Assembly: GCA_963813335.1 (NCBI GenBank)
Contig: CAWEYL010000003.1
Location: forward strand, 320,001 to 384,000
Direction: 5' to 3'
Source of the DNA: an uncultured Chloroflexia bacterium
GTDB lineage: Bacteria; Chloroflexota; Limnocylindria; Limnocylindrales; CSP1-4
Length of the DNA stretch: 64,000 nucleotides
Positions 19,769-29,812 of the stretch are shown piece by piece. Position 1 is the stretch's first letter. The number at the start of each line of letters is the position of its first letter. The translations under genes were made by a program, and so were the position numbers. The notes beneath the pieces were generated by a model. That model saw only the letters and a program-made list of their open reading frames with translations, did no database searches and was not told where the DNA came from.

Positions 19769-20437
19769 ATGACCCAGAGCGTCAAGCCCCGTCGCCGCTA
19801 CGACTCACCGCGGCGCGCCGCGCAGGCCGCGCAGACGCGACGCGACATCGTGACGGCGGCCGGGCTGCTCTTCCGTGATCGCGGCTACGGCGTCCCGCTG
19901 GCCGAGATCGCGAGCGAGGCCGGCGTTGTCGTCGAGACGGTGTACCGGATCTTCGGCACCAAGGCCGCGCTCTTCGGGGCAGCGGTGGAGGCACTGCTGG
20001 CGGGTGGCGCCGGTCGGGCCGAGGTCCCCGTCGAGCAGCGGCCGGCGATCAGTGCCATTCGCGACGAGCCGGATCCGCGCAAGCAGGTGGAGCGCTATGC
20101 CGCGACGCAGCCCGGGATCCATCGTCGTGCGGGACCACTCTTGCGCGCCCTCCGCGATGCCAGGGGGAGCGATCCCGATCTCCGGCGGCTGTGGGACGAG
20201 ATGGAGGCCTGGCGGCTCGACGGGCAGGGGCGCTTCGTGCAGATGCTCGCCGATCGGGGGGCGCTCGCGCCGGGCCTCACGGTCCATGTGGCGATCGACA
20301 TCACGTGGACGCTGTGCTCGCTTGCGGTCTACGACTCGCTGGTCCTCGGTCGGGGCTGGGGCGACGAGCGCTACCAGGCCTGGCTGACCGAGACTCTCGC
20401 CCGGCAACTGCTCGCGGGTGACTCTCCTCGCCGCTGA
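19769..20437 (+). CDS. TetR/AcrR-family regulator
   Basis: RRYDSPRR..A..TR, IASEAGVVVETVYRIFGTK HTH; TAGAGT -10 element before ATG 19769. Confidence 0.9.
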   Translation: MTQSVKPRRRYDSPRRAAQAAQTRRDIVTAAGLLFRDRGYGVPLAEIASEAGVVVETVYRIFGTKAALFGAAVEALLAGGAGRAEVPVEQRPAISAIRDEPDPRKQVERYAATQPGIHRRAGPLLRALRDARGSDPDLRRLWDEMEAWRLDGQGRFVQMLADRGALAPGLTVHVAIDITWTLCSLAVYDSLVLGRGWGDERYQAWLTETLARQLLAGDSPRR

Positions 20438-20461
20438 AGCCGCGGGAGACGCGAGGCACTC

Positions 20462-22597
20462 CTATGGCGCGTCCACGACCATGAGCGCGTCGAGCGCCAT
20501 GGCCCCTTGACCGGCTCGATACACGACCACCGGGTTCAAGTCGATCTCGCGGATCGAGGGCTGGGCGCGGAGGATCGCAGCCACGCGCGCGATGATCCGG
20601 GCGACGGCCTCGACGTCCGACGGCTCTGCCCCTCGGAAGCCGCGCAACGATGCACCCAGCTTGAGCCGCTGCAGCTCACGCACGATGCCTGGCACCGTCA
20701 GGTCCGGCGGCAACACCCGGTAGTCCTCCAGCAGCTCCGCCTGCACGCCTCCAAAGCCAACGAGGAGGACCGTGCCCCAGTCCGGATCATTGCGACCGCC
20801 CACGATGAGCTCGATGCCGGGTCGACTCATCCGTTCGACGAGGACGCCGTCAAGCGCGACACCTGGGGAGTGCTCCGCGACAGCCGCGTGCAACGTGCGC
20901 CAGCCCCGATCGAGCTCTGCGGCGTTCTGTACATCGAGGATCACGCCCCCCGCATCGCTCTTGTGCGAGAGCTCGACGGCCTGCGCCTTCAACGCCACTG
21001 GGAAGCCAAGGGAGGTCGCCGCGTCATGAGCCTGGTCCACGGTCACGACGAATCGACGTCGCGGAAACGGGATCCCCATCGGCGCCAGCAGCTCTTTCGC
21101 GCGGTATTCCGCCACGACGCCTTCGGGCATCTTGCCAAGGGCTTTGACGGCCGGTGCGGGTTCGCGCTCCTCGACATCGCGCTCCTCGAGGGCATGCACG
21201 CGTGCGACCGCGCGCAACGCACGCTCCGGCGACACGAAGCACGGCACGTGCAGCGTCCGCAGACGCTGCAGGTAGTGCTCAGGGACGGCGGCACCTTCAT
21301 CGAGGCCGGCGAAGATCACCGGTGTCCGGGGTCGCAGTCGTTCGACGGCGCCGATGATCGATGGGAACTTGAGATCCGATGTCTTGGCATCGGTCTGGAT
21401 GATGGCAAGGACGATGCTGCCAAAGCGCCGGTCGGGAAGCAGCGCCGCGAGCGTTCGGTGATAGAGATCCGGATCGACCAGGCCCTGAGCCGTCAGATCG
21501 AGTGGGTTGCTGACCGGGACGAACTGCGGCAGGGCGGCGCGCAAGGTCGGAGCGCTCGCGTCGGTCAGGACGGGCAGCGGCAGACCCACCTGCTCGCAGA
21601 GATCGAGGGTCAGCGCCTTGAAGGCGCCCGACTCCGTGATCACCGCGCTGCCGCCGCGCGGAAGGGTCGAGCAGCGCGACACGAGCTCCAGCACGTCACC
21701 GAGCTCTTCGAGGCTCTCGACCAGCACCACGCCGGCGCGTTCGACCAGCACGCTCATGACCCGGTAGTCGCCGGCCATGGCGCCCGTGTGCGTTGCCGCT
21801 GACGCTCTTGCCGCGCTGCTGCGGCCAGGATGCAGCAGCACGATCGGCTTCCCGCGACTGCGTGCGCGTCGCGCAAGCTCCAGGAACTGTCGTGGTCGTC
21901 GAAACTGCTCGACGATCATCCCGATCGCCTTCGTCATGGGATCGTCGAGCAGGTAGGCGACGTAGTCCTCGACGCCGCTCGCCGCTTCGTTACCCGTGGA
22001 AACGGAATACGAGACGCCGAGATCCCGGCTCGTGAGCATGACGTGGAGCACGGCCGCCATCGCCCCGCTCTGGGAGACGATGCCGATGCCGGGCTCCGCG
22101 AGCGCAAGCGCAGGTGTCTCGACGAAGGTGAGTGCCACGCGATCGACGTGATTGACGTAGCCGAGGCAGTTCGGTCCTTCGATCAACATCTCGCTTTGGG
22201 CAGCGATGCGCGCAAGCTCGAGTTGCTCGGCGCGACCGGCTTCACCGCCTTCAGCGAAACCCGCCGAGAAGATGACGGCCGCCCCGACCCTTCGACGCGC
22301 GAGGGCTCTGACGGCATCGAGGACGGCGGCTCGGGGGATCGCGAGCACGGCGGCATCGACATCGGACGGCAACTCATCGATGGAGCCGAGGCAGCGTCGG
22401 CCACCGATCTCGGCGCGGTTGGGATTGATGAGATAGACGTCGCCGCGGAACTGCATCCGGTCCAGGTTCGCGATGGTCGACGCCCCCAGCGCGCCGGGCG
22501 TGGCAGATGCGCCGACGATCGCGATCGACTTCGGCTTCAACAAGCGTTCGATCGCGCTCACCGGATAGCGAGCGCCGGCGCCCGTCTCTACCGGCAC
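20462..22597 (-). CDS. ferA: NDP-forming acyl-CoA synthetase, FerA-like feruloyl-CoA synthetase
   Basis: PKSIAIVGAS, GPNCLG, SQSGA, HTGA, NPLDLT, HKSDAGGV, DLNP; directly follows ferB. Confidence 0.8.
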   Translation of the reverse strand: MPVETGAGARYPVSAIERLLKPKSIAIVGASATPGALGASTIANLDRMQFRGDVYLINPNRAEIGGRRCLGSIDELPSDVDAAVLAIPRAAVLDAVRALARRRVGAAVIFSAGFAEGGEAGRAEQLELARIAAQSEMLIEGPNCLGYVNHVDRVALTFVETPALALAEPGIGIVSQSGAMAAVLHVMLTSRDLGVSYSVSTGNEAASGVEDYVAYLLDDPMTKAIGMIVEQFRRPRQFLELARRARSRGKPIVLLHPGRSSAARASAATHTGAMAGDYRVMSVLVERAGVVLVESLEELGDVLELVSRCSTLPRGGSAVITESGAFKALTLDLCEQVGLPLPVLTDASAPTLRAALPQFVPVSNPLDLTAQGLVDPDLYHRTLAALLPDRRFGSIVLAIIQTDAKTSDLKFPSIIGAVERLRPRTPVIFAGLDEGAAVPEHYLQRLRTLHVPCFVSPERALRAVARVHALEERDVEEREPAPAVKALGKMPEGVVAEYRAKELLAPMGIPFPRRRFVVTVDQAHDAATSLGFPVALKAQAVELSHKSDAGGVILDVQNAAELDRGWRTLHAAVAEHSPGVALDGVLVERMSRPGIELIVGGRNDPDWGTVLLVGFGGVQAELLEDYRVLPPDLTVPGIVRELQRLKLGASLRGFRGAEPSDVEAVARIIARVAAILRAQPSIREIDLNPVVVYRAGQGAMALDALMVVDAP

Positions 22598-22618
22598 GGG
22601 ACTGTCACGAGCAAGCCG

Positions 22619-23473
22619 TTAGGTCTTCCGGGACGGGTCGTAGGCCCCAAGCCCCGGCTTGTAGGCCTTGTCGTCGATGAACTGCTTGATGCCTTGCTTG
22701 CGACCCTCGTTGTCGAAGGAGTTGGCAGCCTCCTGCGCGCGCACCAGGTAGTCCTCTGCATTGTCGTAGGTCATCTCGCCGACGCGGCGGATCGCGTCCT
22801 TCGTCGCCTTCAGCGCCACCGGATTCTTCTCCAACAACGTGCGGGCGACCTGTTCGACCCGTGCTGCCAATGCGCTGAGCGGCACTGCTTCGTTCACCAG
22901 CCCCCACTCCGCCGCCTTCCGGCCATCGACGGTCTCGCCCGTCAACGCGTGATACATCGCCCGCCGGAATGTCAGCAGTTCGCGCGCGACCTTGGTCGCC
23001 CCGCCGCCCGGCAGGATCCCCCAGTTGATCTCGGAGAGTCCGAACTGGGCTTCCTCGGCGGCAAACGCCAGGTCGCAAGCGAACAACGGACCGTAGCCGC
23101 CGCCGAAGCACCAGCCATTCACCATCGCGATCGTCGGCTTCTGATACCAGCGGAGGCGCCGCCACCAACCGTAGGCCTCGCGTTGCGCGGCGCGAACGGC
23201 GCCCATGCCCTTGGCCTCGGTCTCGCGGAAATACTCGTTGAGATCCATGCCGGCCGACCACGACGAGCCCTCGCCGCTCAAGACCAGCACCCCGACATCG
23301 TCGCGGAACTCAAGCTCATCGAGGACCTGCATCATGCGCCGGTTCAGCTTGGGACTCATGCTGTTGCGCTTGTCCGGGCGGTCGAACCTGACCCAGGCGA
23401 TGCGATCGCGCACGTCGAACGCCACGAGCTGACCGTCAGCCCGCTTGGCGTTCCCCGCTCTAGCAGCGCTCAT
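22619..23473 (-). CDS. ferB: p-Hydroxycinnamoyl(feruloyl)-CoA hydratase/lyase
   Basis: AGMDL.EYFRE, MVNGWCFGGG, FGLSEINWGI.PG, YKPGLGAY motifs diagnostic of HCHL/Ech. Confidence 0.93.
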   Translation of the reverse strand: MSAARAGNAKRADGQLVAFDVRDRIAWVRFDRPDKRNSMSPKLNRRMMQVLDELEFRDDVGVLVLSGEGSSWSAGMDLNEYFRETEAKGMGAVRAAQREAYGWWRRLRWYQKPTIAMVNGWCFGGGYGPLFACDLAFAAEEAQFGLSEINWGILPGGGATKVARELLTFRRAMYHALTGETVDGRKAAEWGLVNEAVPLSALAARVEQVARTLLEKNPVALKATKDAIRRVGEMTYDNAEDYLVRAQEAANSFDNEGRKQGIKQFIDDKAYKPGLGAYDPSRKT

Positions 23474-23519
23474 CGATCCAGGCCCTCGTGCGTCGGTGGT
23501 TGCCCGGCTTCGCCGTGGA

Positions 23520-23538
23520 GTGCTATACGCTATAGCGA
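23520..23538. promoter_or_regulatory. MarR (FerC-type) operator
   Basis: GTGCTATACGCTATAGCGA contains the inverted repeat GCTATA-N3-TATAGC between divergent ferB and marR. Confidence 0.75.
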
Positions 23539-23582
23539 TCGGCTCGTCGCCGACGATAGCAGAGGCTTGCGGCCTTGTTCAC

Positions 23583-24017
23583 ATGATCGATCCGCTGGTG
23601 GAGTATCCGGGTTACCTGTTGCGCCGCGCCTCCGTCGCGGCGATGGCCGACCTGGCCGATCGACTCAGCGTCCTGGGTCTTCGGCCGACGGAAGCGACCG
23701 TCCTGCTCGTGATCGATGCGAACCCGGGCGCCACCCTCAGTGACGTCGGCCGGCTGCTCCGGATCGCCAGCGCCAACATGGTGCCGCTGATCGCTCGTCT
23801 GGAGGCGCGGGACCTGATCGATCGTGAGCCGATGGACGGCCGATCGCAGGCATTGGTCCTCGCGCCGCTCGGCCGATCGTTGACCCAGGAGATCAAGGCC
23901 GTCGTGACCGAGCACGAGGCAACCCTGATCGAGAGGATCCCCGCCGGCGTACGCGGTGACTTCCTGGAGGCGTTGCGCACGATCTGGGCGGGAGGATCGA
24001 CCGCCGACGCCCGATGA
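23583..24017 (+). CDS. MarR-family regulator (FerC-like)
   Basis: PGYLLRRAS, NPG.T.SDVGR.L.I.SANMVPLIARLE.R, DGRS; divergent from ferBA. Confidence 0.85.
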   Translation: MIDPLVEYPGYLLRRASVAAMADLADRLSVLGLRPTEATVLLVIDANPGATLSDVGRLLRIASANMVPLIARLEARDLIDREPMDGRSQALVLAPLGRSLTQEIKAVVTEHEATLIERIPAGVRGDFLEALRTIWAGGSTADAR

Positions 24018-24066
24018 TCGCGCGGACAGGCGTCCGGCACCATCCGATGGGAGCCTCAGCCGAACG

Positions 24067-24441
24067 TCAGACCCGGCGCAGGCGCTCGAGCTCGCGCCGC
24101 AGGCGCTTGCTCGGCCGTCCCTCCCCACGGATGAGGACGATCCCCGGCCCGGCCTCGGGCACGACCGGCGGGCTGTGGTCCACGTAGCAGGTCGCGGCCA
24201 CGGGCGCCCCGACACGCGACTCGATCGGCCTCACGACCTCGACGATGCGCCGGCGATCGGCGATCAGGGCCTCCACCCGATCGCCGGCGCGGACCTTCGT
24301 CGACGGCTTCGCCGGTGATCCATTCACGAGGACGTGGCCGGCCTCGCACGACCGGGTCGCCAGCGGGCGGGTCTTCACCAGGCGCACCGCGCACAGCCAG
24401 CGGTCGATGCGCGTCTCGTCGGTGGCGTGGGGATCAGTCAC
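24067..24441 (-). CDS. S4-domain RNA-binding protein (Hsp15-like)
   Basis: RIDRWLCAVRLVKTR, G.V.VNG..AKPS, GRPSKR.RR. Confidence 0.9.
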   Translation of the reverse strand: MTDPHATDETRIDRWLCAVRLVKTRPLATRSCEAGHVLVNGSPAKPSTKVRAGDRVEALIADRRRIVEVVRPIESRVGAPVAATCYVDHSPPVVPEAGPGIVLIRGEGRPSKRLRRELERLRRV

Positions 24442-24633
24442 GCGCTACAGGATGGCACGGGCCGAGAAGGCGTCGCGGCGGACTGGGCCTGGACAGCGGC
24501 ACTAGTCCCAGGCCCAGGCGAAGGCCGAGATGCGCCACCCGTCGGCCTCCTCGCGGAGCGCCGCCGTCAGGAAGCCTGTCCTCTCGACCGGCGCCGTCCT
24601 GCAGCCATCGCGCGCCGACGGGAACCACCACCG

Positions 24634-24651
24634 CCATGACACGCGTCATGG
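24634..24651. promoter_or_regulatory. Inverted repeat upstream of the ABC-DesKR operon
   Basis: CCATGAC-ACGC-GTCATGG, probable site for the operon's response regulator. Confidence 0.55.
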
Positions 24652-24707
24652 TCGGTTCACGACGGGCGTGACTGAGCATGGCGGGGGCCGGGCGGGACAC
24701 TGGGGGC

Positions 24708-25715
24708 ATGACCAACGCCCGTTCTGAGAGAGATCGCATGCCGTTGACCGCAACCATCGACGTCGCGCCTGCTCCCGCCATGACCACTGCCGGTCACCAA
24801 GCCAAAGCGAGCAGTGTCGCGATCGACTTCCGCGCTGTCGAACGACGATTCGGCGACATCACGGCGATCGACGGAATGAACCTGACGATCCATGACGGTG
24901 AGACCGTCGCGCTGCTCGGTCCGAATGGGGCCGGCAAGTCGACCGCCATCGGGCTCATGCTGGGCCTCATCGAGCCCACCCGCGGTACGGTGACCACGCT
25001 CGGCCTGCCGCCCAGAGACGCGGTCGCCAGCGGTCGCATCGGCTCGATGCTCCAGGACGCGGGGCTGCCGATCAACGTCAGGGTGGGCGAACTCGTCGAC
25101 TTCGCTCGCCGCCTCTACCCCCACCCGCTTGCCCAGGACGACGTCATCGCGCGCGCCGGCCTGACCGACCTGACCGGGCGGTCTGTCGACCGCCTGTCCG
25201 GCGGCGAGGCGCAGCGAGTCCGGTTCGCGATCGCCATCGCCGGCGACCCGGATCTCGTCTTCCTGGATGAGCCGACCGTCTCCATGGATGTCGAGACGCG
25301 GTTGGCCTTCTGGGCCGACATGCGGCGGTCAGCCGCGGAGGGACGGACGATCCTGTTCGCCACCCATTACCTCGAGGAAGCCGACGACATGGCGGATCGC
25401 GTCATCGTCCTCGACCATGGCCGGATCGTCGCCGACGGCACCGGTCGATCGATCAAGCGCCGCGTCGGCGGCCGGATGATCCGGTTCGACCTCGCGGGCG
25501 CCGATCGCGCACGACTCGCTGCGTTGCCAGGGATCGAAACGGTCGAGATCCATGGCGACTCGGTCCGGTTGACGACAGCGGACAGCGACGACACGGTCCG
25601 TGCGCTACTCGAGTCGGGCCTCCCCGTCCGCGATCTCGAGGTGACCAGTCCTGGCCTCGAGGATGCGTTCATCGCCCTCACGTCGGCGCATGGCTCGAAG
25701 GAGTCCATCCTATGA
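24708..25715 (+). CDS. ABC transporter ATP-binding protein
   Basis: GPNGAGKS, LSGGE, FLDEPT, ATHYLEEA; start uncertain. Confidence 0.93.
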   Translation: MTNARSERDRMPLTATIDVAPAPAMTTAGHQAKASSVAIDFRAVERRFGDITAIDGMNLTIHDGETVALLGPNGAGKSTAIGLMLGLIEPTRGTVTTLGLPPRDAVASGRIGSMLQDAGLPINVRVGELVDFARRLYPHPLAQDDVIARAGLTDLTGRSVDRLSGGEAQRVRFAIAIAGDPDLVFLDEPTVSMDVETRLAFWADMRRSAAEGRTILFATHYLEEADDMADRVIVLDHGRIVADGTGRSIKRRVGGRMIRFDLAGADRARLAALPGIETVEIHGDSVRLTTADSDDTVRALLESGLPVRDLEVTSPGLEDAFIALTSAHGSKESIL

Positions 25716-26509
25716 CGGCCACCGCCACGGCCCGATCGGTGGGCGCCCTCGGGCCGGTTGCCGGCTTCATCTCGCTCGAGCTCCGGCGCGCACTCCGGAA
25801 TCGACGCTACGTGATGCTCGCGATCACGATTCCGGTCGCCTTCTACCTGCTGTACACGGGCGTGCTGTCCGGTGCCGCGACCGACGCCGACGCTCCCGTC
25901 GAGGGTCTCCCATGGCGCACGTACTTCATGATCTCGATGGCCGCGTACGCGGCGATCGGCGCCGCGCTTGGCGGCGCGATCGTCATCGCGCAGGAACGCG
26001 ACTCCGGTTGGACACGGCAGCTTCGCGTGACTCCGCTGCCCCCGGTTGCCTACGTCACGGGCAAACTGGTCGTCTCGTACGTCGTGACCGTGCCGGCCAT
26101 CGCGGCCGTCCTCATCGCGGGCTTGACACTCAACCACGTCGCGCTGTCGATCGAGACATGGCTGCTGCTCTTGGTGTCGCTCGGCGTCGGGGCCCTGCCG
26201 TTCGCCGCCCTCGGGCTGCTGATCGGATACGTGTTCGACGGCAACAGTGCCCAGGGCGCGACGATGCTCGGTCTCTTCGGCCTCGCGATCCTCGGCGGAC
26301 TGTGGGCGCCGATCTCGGCGTTCCCGGACGATGTCGCTACCATCGGACGCATGCTCCCGTCATTCCGGCTCGCGGACCTCGGGCGCGACGCGGCCGGTGG
26401 CCTCCCGCCCGACGGCACAGACGTCGCGATCCTCGCGCTGTACGCGGTGGTCGTCGGAGCCCTGACGATGTGGCGGTACCGATCCTCCGAGCAGCGCGCG
26501 AGTGACTGA
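25712..26509 (+). CDS. ABC-2 type permease
   Basis: Six TM helices; ERDSGWTRQLRVTPL. Confidence 0.9.
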   Translation: MTATATARSVGALGPVAGFISLELRRALRNRRYVMLAITIPVAFYLLYTGVLSGAATDADAPVEGLPWRTYFMISMAAYAAIGAALGGAIVIAQERDSGWTRQLRVTPLPPVAYVTGKLVVSYVVTVPAIAAVLIAGLTLNHVALSIETWLLLLVSLGVGALPFAALGLLIGYVFDGNSAQGATMLGLFGLAILGGLWAPISAFPDDVATIGRMLPSFRLADLGRDAAGGLPPDGTDVAILALYAVVVGALTMWRYRSSEQRASD

Positions 26510-27617
26510 CGGCGTGCGTTGGATCCCGGTATGGCGCGTCATCGGCGCGATCTTCGTCGCCTACCCGGTCGTCCGGATCCTCGCGGCGCCGCCGGAACCG
26601 GTCGTCGCTGTCCTGGTCCTCTCCGCGACCGCGATCTTCGCGCTGCTGATCGGCGTCCTGGCGCGACTCGACCCGCTCGACGAGCGACGCGGATCGCCGA
26701 CCATGGCCGCGCTCGACCTGGGGATCATCGGCCTGGCGACCGCGACCTTCGTCCGCGCGCCCGAGGACGGCTGGATCGCGCTGTTCTATTACGCGGCCAC
26801 GGCGGCCAGCCTGCTGCTGCCGGAACGACGAGCGATCGCCGTCATCATCCTGTCCGGTGTCATGTGCGCCGTCAGCCTGGGCGGCGTCGCCGATCTGGCC
26901 GATGCGCTCATCCAGGGCCTGTCCGTGTCGGTCATCGGGATCACGGTGTTTGCGATGGCCGCGTTGCGCCGCACGAATGCGGCGCTCGTCGCGACGCGCC
27001 AGGAACTTGCGACCTTGGCCGTGGCGGCGGAGCGCCATCGGATCGCTCGTGATCTGCACGACCTGCTCGGTCACAGCCTCTCCCTGATCGCGATCAAGAG
27101 TGAACTCGCCGGACGGTTGCTGCCAAGCGACCCGGATCGAGCCCGCTCGGAGATCTCGGACATCGAGCGGGTCGCCCGGGAGTCGCTGGCGTCCGTCCGC
27201 GAGACGGTCGGCGGCTATCGCCAGCCGACGCTCGAGCGCGAGCTGGCGGACGCGAAGGTCGCGCTCGATGCGGCCGGCATCGATCCGACGATCGACCATC
27301 GGGTCGGACCACTTCCCGCACCGGAGGACACCGTGCTCGCCTGGGCGCTGCGCGAGGCCGTCACCAATCTTGTCCGCCACAGTGCGGCCCGCCACAGCGT
27401 GATCCGGACATCCCGGGACGGAGCCGTGGCCGAACTCGAGGTGGTGGACGATGGTCCGGGACGGGCGACCGACATCGCGGCCGACGGGAGCGGCCTGGCC
27501 GGCCTGCGGGAGCGCCTGGAACGCATCGGCGGGCGGCTCGAGGCGGGCCGCCAGCCGACCGGCGGCTATCGACTCGTCGCGACGGTGCCGATCCCTGACT
27601 GGCCGAGGGTCTCATGA
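26502..27617 (+). CDS. DesK-like sensor histidine kinase
   Basis: Multi-TM N-terminus; ERHRIARDLHDLLGHSLS, REAVTNLVRHS, GSGLAGLRER. Confidence 0.93.
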   Translation: MTDGVRWIPVWRVIGAIFVAYPVVRILAAPPEPVVAVLVLSATAIFALLIGVLARLDPLDERRGSPTMAALDLGIIGLATATFVRAPEDGWIALFYYAATAASLLLPERRAIAVIILSGVMCAVSLGGVADLADALIQGLSVSVIGITVFAMAALRRTNAALVATRQELATLAVAAERHRIARDLHDLLGHSLSLIAIKSELAGRLLPSDPDRARSEISDIERVARESLASVRETVGGYRQPTLERELADAKVALDAAGIDPTIDHRVGPLPAPEDTVLAWALREAVTNLVRHSAARHSVIRTSRDGAVAELEVVDDGPGRATDIAADGSGLAGLRERLERIGGRLEAGRQPTGGYRLVATVPIPDWPRVS

Positions 27618-28240
27618 CGGCGCCGATCCGCGTGCTCCTGGCTGAGGATCAGTCCATGGTGCGCGGTGCGATGGCGGCCTTGCTGTCGATGGAGGACGAT
27701 CTGGTGGTGGTCGGGCAGGTTCCAGACGGTGCCGCCGTCGTCCCGGAGGCGCTCCTTGTCCGGCCGGACGTCGCCGTCCTCGACATCGAGATGCCCGGCG
27801 TCAACGGATTGACCGCCGCGGCCGCTCTGCGTGCGGCGGTGCCCACGTGTCGCGTCCTCATCGTCACGACGTTCGGACGGCCGGGCTACCTGCGGCAGGC
27901 GATGGAGGCGGGAGCCACCGGATTCATCCTCAAGGATGCTCCGGCGAGCGAACTCGCTTCCGCCATCCGACGCGTCGCCGCGGGGCGTCGTGTGGTCGAC
28001 CCGTCGCTGGCCGTCGAGGCATTAGCGGAGGGCGCGAACCCACTCTCCGAGCGAGAGCGCCAAGTCCTCGAAGCAAGCATCGAGCAGGCGACGATCGCCG
28101 AGATCGCGGCGTCGATGTCGCTGAGCGAGGGCACCGTCCGCAACCACCTCTCCGCAGCGATCCAGAAGGTGGGCGCTCGCAATCGCGCCGAAGCCGCCAG
28201 GATCGCCCGCGACATGGGTTGGCTCGAGGCGACCGGCTGA
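27614..28240 (+). CDS. DesR-like response regulator
   Basis: LAEDQ, LDIEMPG, TTFGRPGYL, GTVRNHLS. Confidence 0.95.
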   Translation: MTAPIRVLLAEDQSMVRGAMAALLSMEDDLVVVGQVPDGAAVVPEALLVRPDVAVLDIEMPGVNGLTAAAALRAAVPTCRVLIVTTFGRPGYLRQAMEAGATGFILKDAPASELASAIRRVAAGRRVVDPSLAVEALAEGANPLSERERQVLEASIEQATIAEIAASMSLSEGTVRNHLSAAIQKVGARNRAEAARIARDMGWLEATG

Positions 28241-28255
28241 CCAGCTGACCGGCGT

Positions 28256-28283
28256 CGATGGGGGCGAGAGGATCTGGCCCTCC
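28256..28283 (-). repeat. Degenerate tRNA-Pro 3'-end copy (att-like site 2)
   Basis: Exact 13-mer GGGGCGAGAGGAT (28261-73); 22/28 match to 50754-50781; intergenic. Confidence 0.6.
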
Positions 28284-28346
28284 CACTCGAGGAGCACACC
28301 CCGACGGGGGACTCGGCACCCACGCACTCGATGCTCCATGACCGAC

Positions 28347-29226
28347 CTACCGGGCCGAGACGCCGTCGAGGCCGACGAGGCGGGCGCTGACCTCCCACAG
28401 GCGGGCGGCGGCGGCGATGTCGTGTGAGGCCTCATTCGCGTTCCGTGGCCGGCCGTTGGCGAAATACGTACCCGTGACGCCCTCCACCTCCGACGACGAC
28501 GCCAGGTAGATCGACGTCGCGGCGCCCTGCTGCGGTGACTTCATGAACGGTCGCCAGAACGGCACGAGGAACTTGAAGATCCGCGAGGGATCCTCGGAGC
28601 CGAAGCCGCTGTTCACGACACCGGGGTGCAGCACGTTGGCCGTCACACCGGTGCCTGCCAAGCGACGGGCCAGCTCGTAGGTGAACATCACGCTGGCCAG
28701 CTTCGACTGGTTGTAGGCGTCCTGGCCGGAGTACCGACGCTCGCCCTGTAAGTCCTCGAAGTCGATCGTGCCGAGTGACTGGGCATTGGAGGACACGGTC
28801 ACGACCCGCGCCGGGGCAGCTGTCCTTCAGCCGATCGAGCAGCAAGTCGGTGAGCAGGAACGCCGCCAGATGGTTCACGGCGAAGGTGTGCTCGAGCCCA
28901 TCAGCTGTGACATGGCGGGTCGCCCAGAAGCCACCGACGTTGTTGATCAGGACATCGAGGCGCGGATAGGTGTCAAGCACCTCCGAGGCAACGCGGCGCA
29001 CCTCGGACTGAATTGACAGATCGGCGCCAAACGCCTTCACATCCGGATTGCCAGTCACACGGCGGATGTCGGCCGCCGCGTCCTCGGCACGCCCGAGGTC
29101 CCGGCCCGTGATGGCGACACAAGCACCCAGCGTGGCGAGTCCGACGGCTGTGGCCTTGCCGATGCCGGCAGTCCCGCCGGTGATCAGCACGACCTTGCCT
29201 GCCATCGACCCGTTGCTGCCAACCAT
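28347..29226 (-). CDS. Short-chain dehydrogenase (retinol-DH-like), frameshift near 28818
   Basis: TGGTAGIG, INNVG, FAVNHL, then YNQSKL and LHPGVV in the next frame. Confidence 0.85.
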
Positions 29227-29305
29227 GGCCAACTCCTCGTACGTCTGGTGGTGGGCGCCGGTTGCGTTCCGGCGCCCACTCGACGGCATCACGAAACGAT
29301 GCCTG

Positions 29306-29723
29306 TCATGCAGTGGTAGGGCGGGAAGCAGGCTCCGACGTCCGGAGGGCCGTTCCGGACGCGCCATCGGGCCCGGCCACCAGGAAGGCGACCATCGCGA
29401 AGAAGCCGAAGTTGAAGATCCCCAGCAGGAGCAGGACCGGCGAACCACGTCTTGCTCTGGAGCTGCCAGGTGTTCAGCAGGGCTCCGATCCATGCGATGA
29501 GGCCCGCGATCAGGCCGCCAGCGATCGCGATGCCGCCGACGATCCCGAGGGGAAGCATCGACCACGCGAGCGGGCTGCCCCTGAGACCGACGATGTCGGG
29601 GCCGTTCATGACGAATGCGTCGTTCGCGTTTGCGATCGCCACGGCCACGATGGCCAGGATGGCGCCTGCGATGACGGCGAGCCCGCCGCCGATAAAGAGC
29701 CGGGTGACAGTTGCCTTGGACAT
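29306..29723 (-). CDS. Small membrane protein, frameshift near 29440
   Basis: AAGGAG RBS; MSKATVTRLF...AWIGALLNT..KTWF then LLLLGIFNFGFFAMVAFLVAGPDG. Confidence 0.65.
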
Positions 29724-29812
29724 TGGATGTCTCCTTTCGAGTTGACGAAGGACCGTGGTGGTTGGTCCCGGCGATACGGCCGGTTGTTGCGCGAAGCGCC
29801 CCCTGTCGTTGG

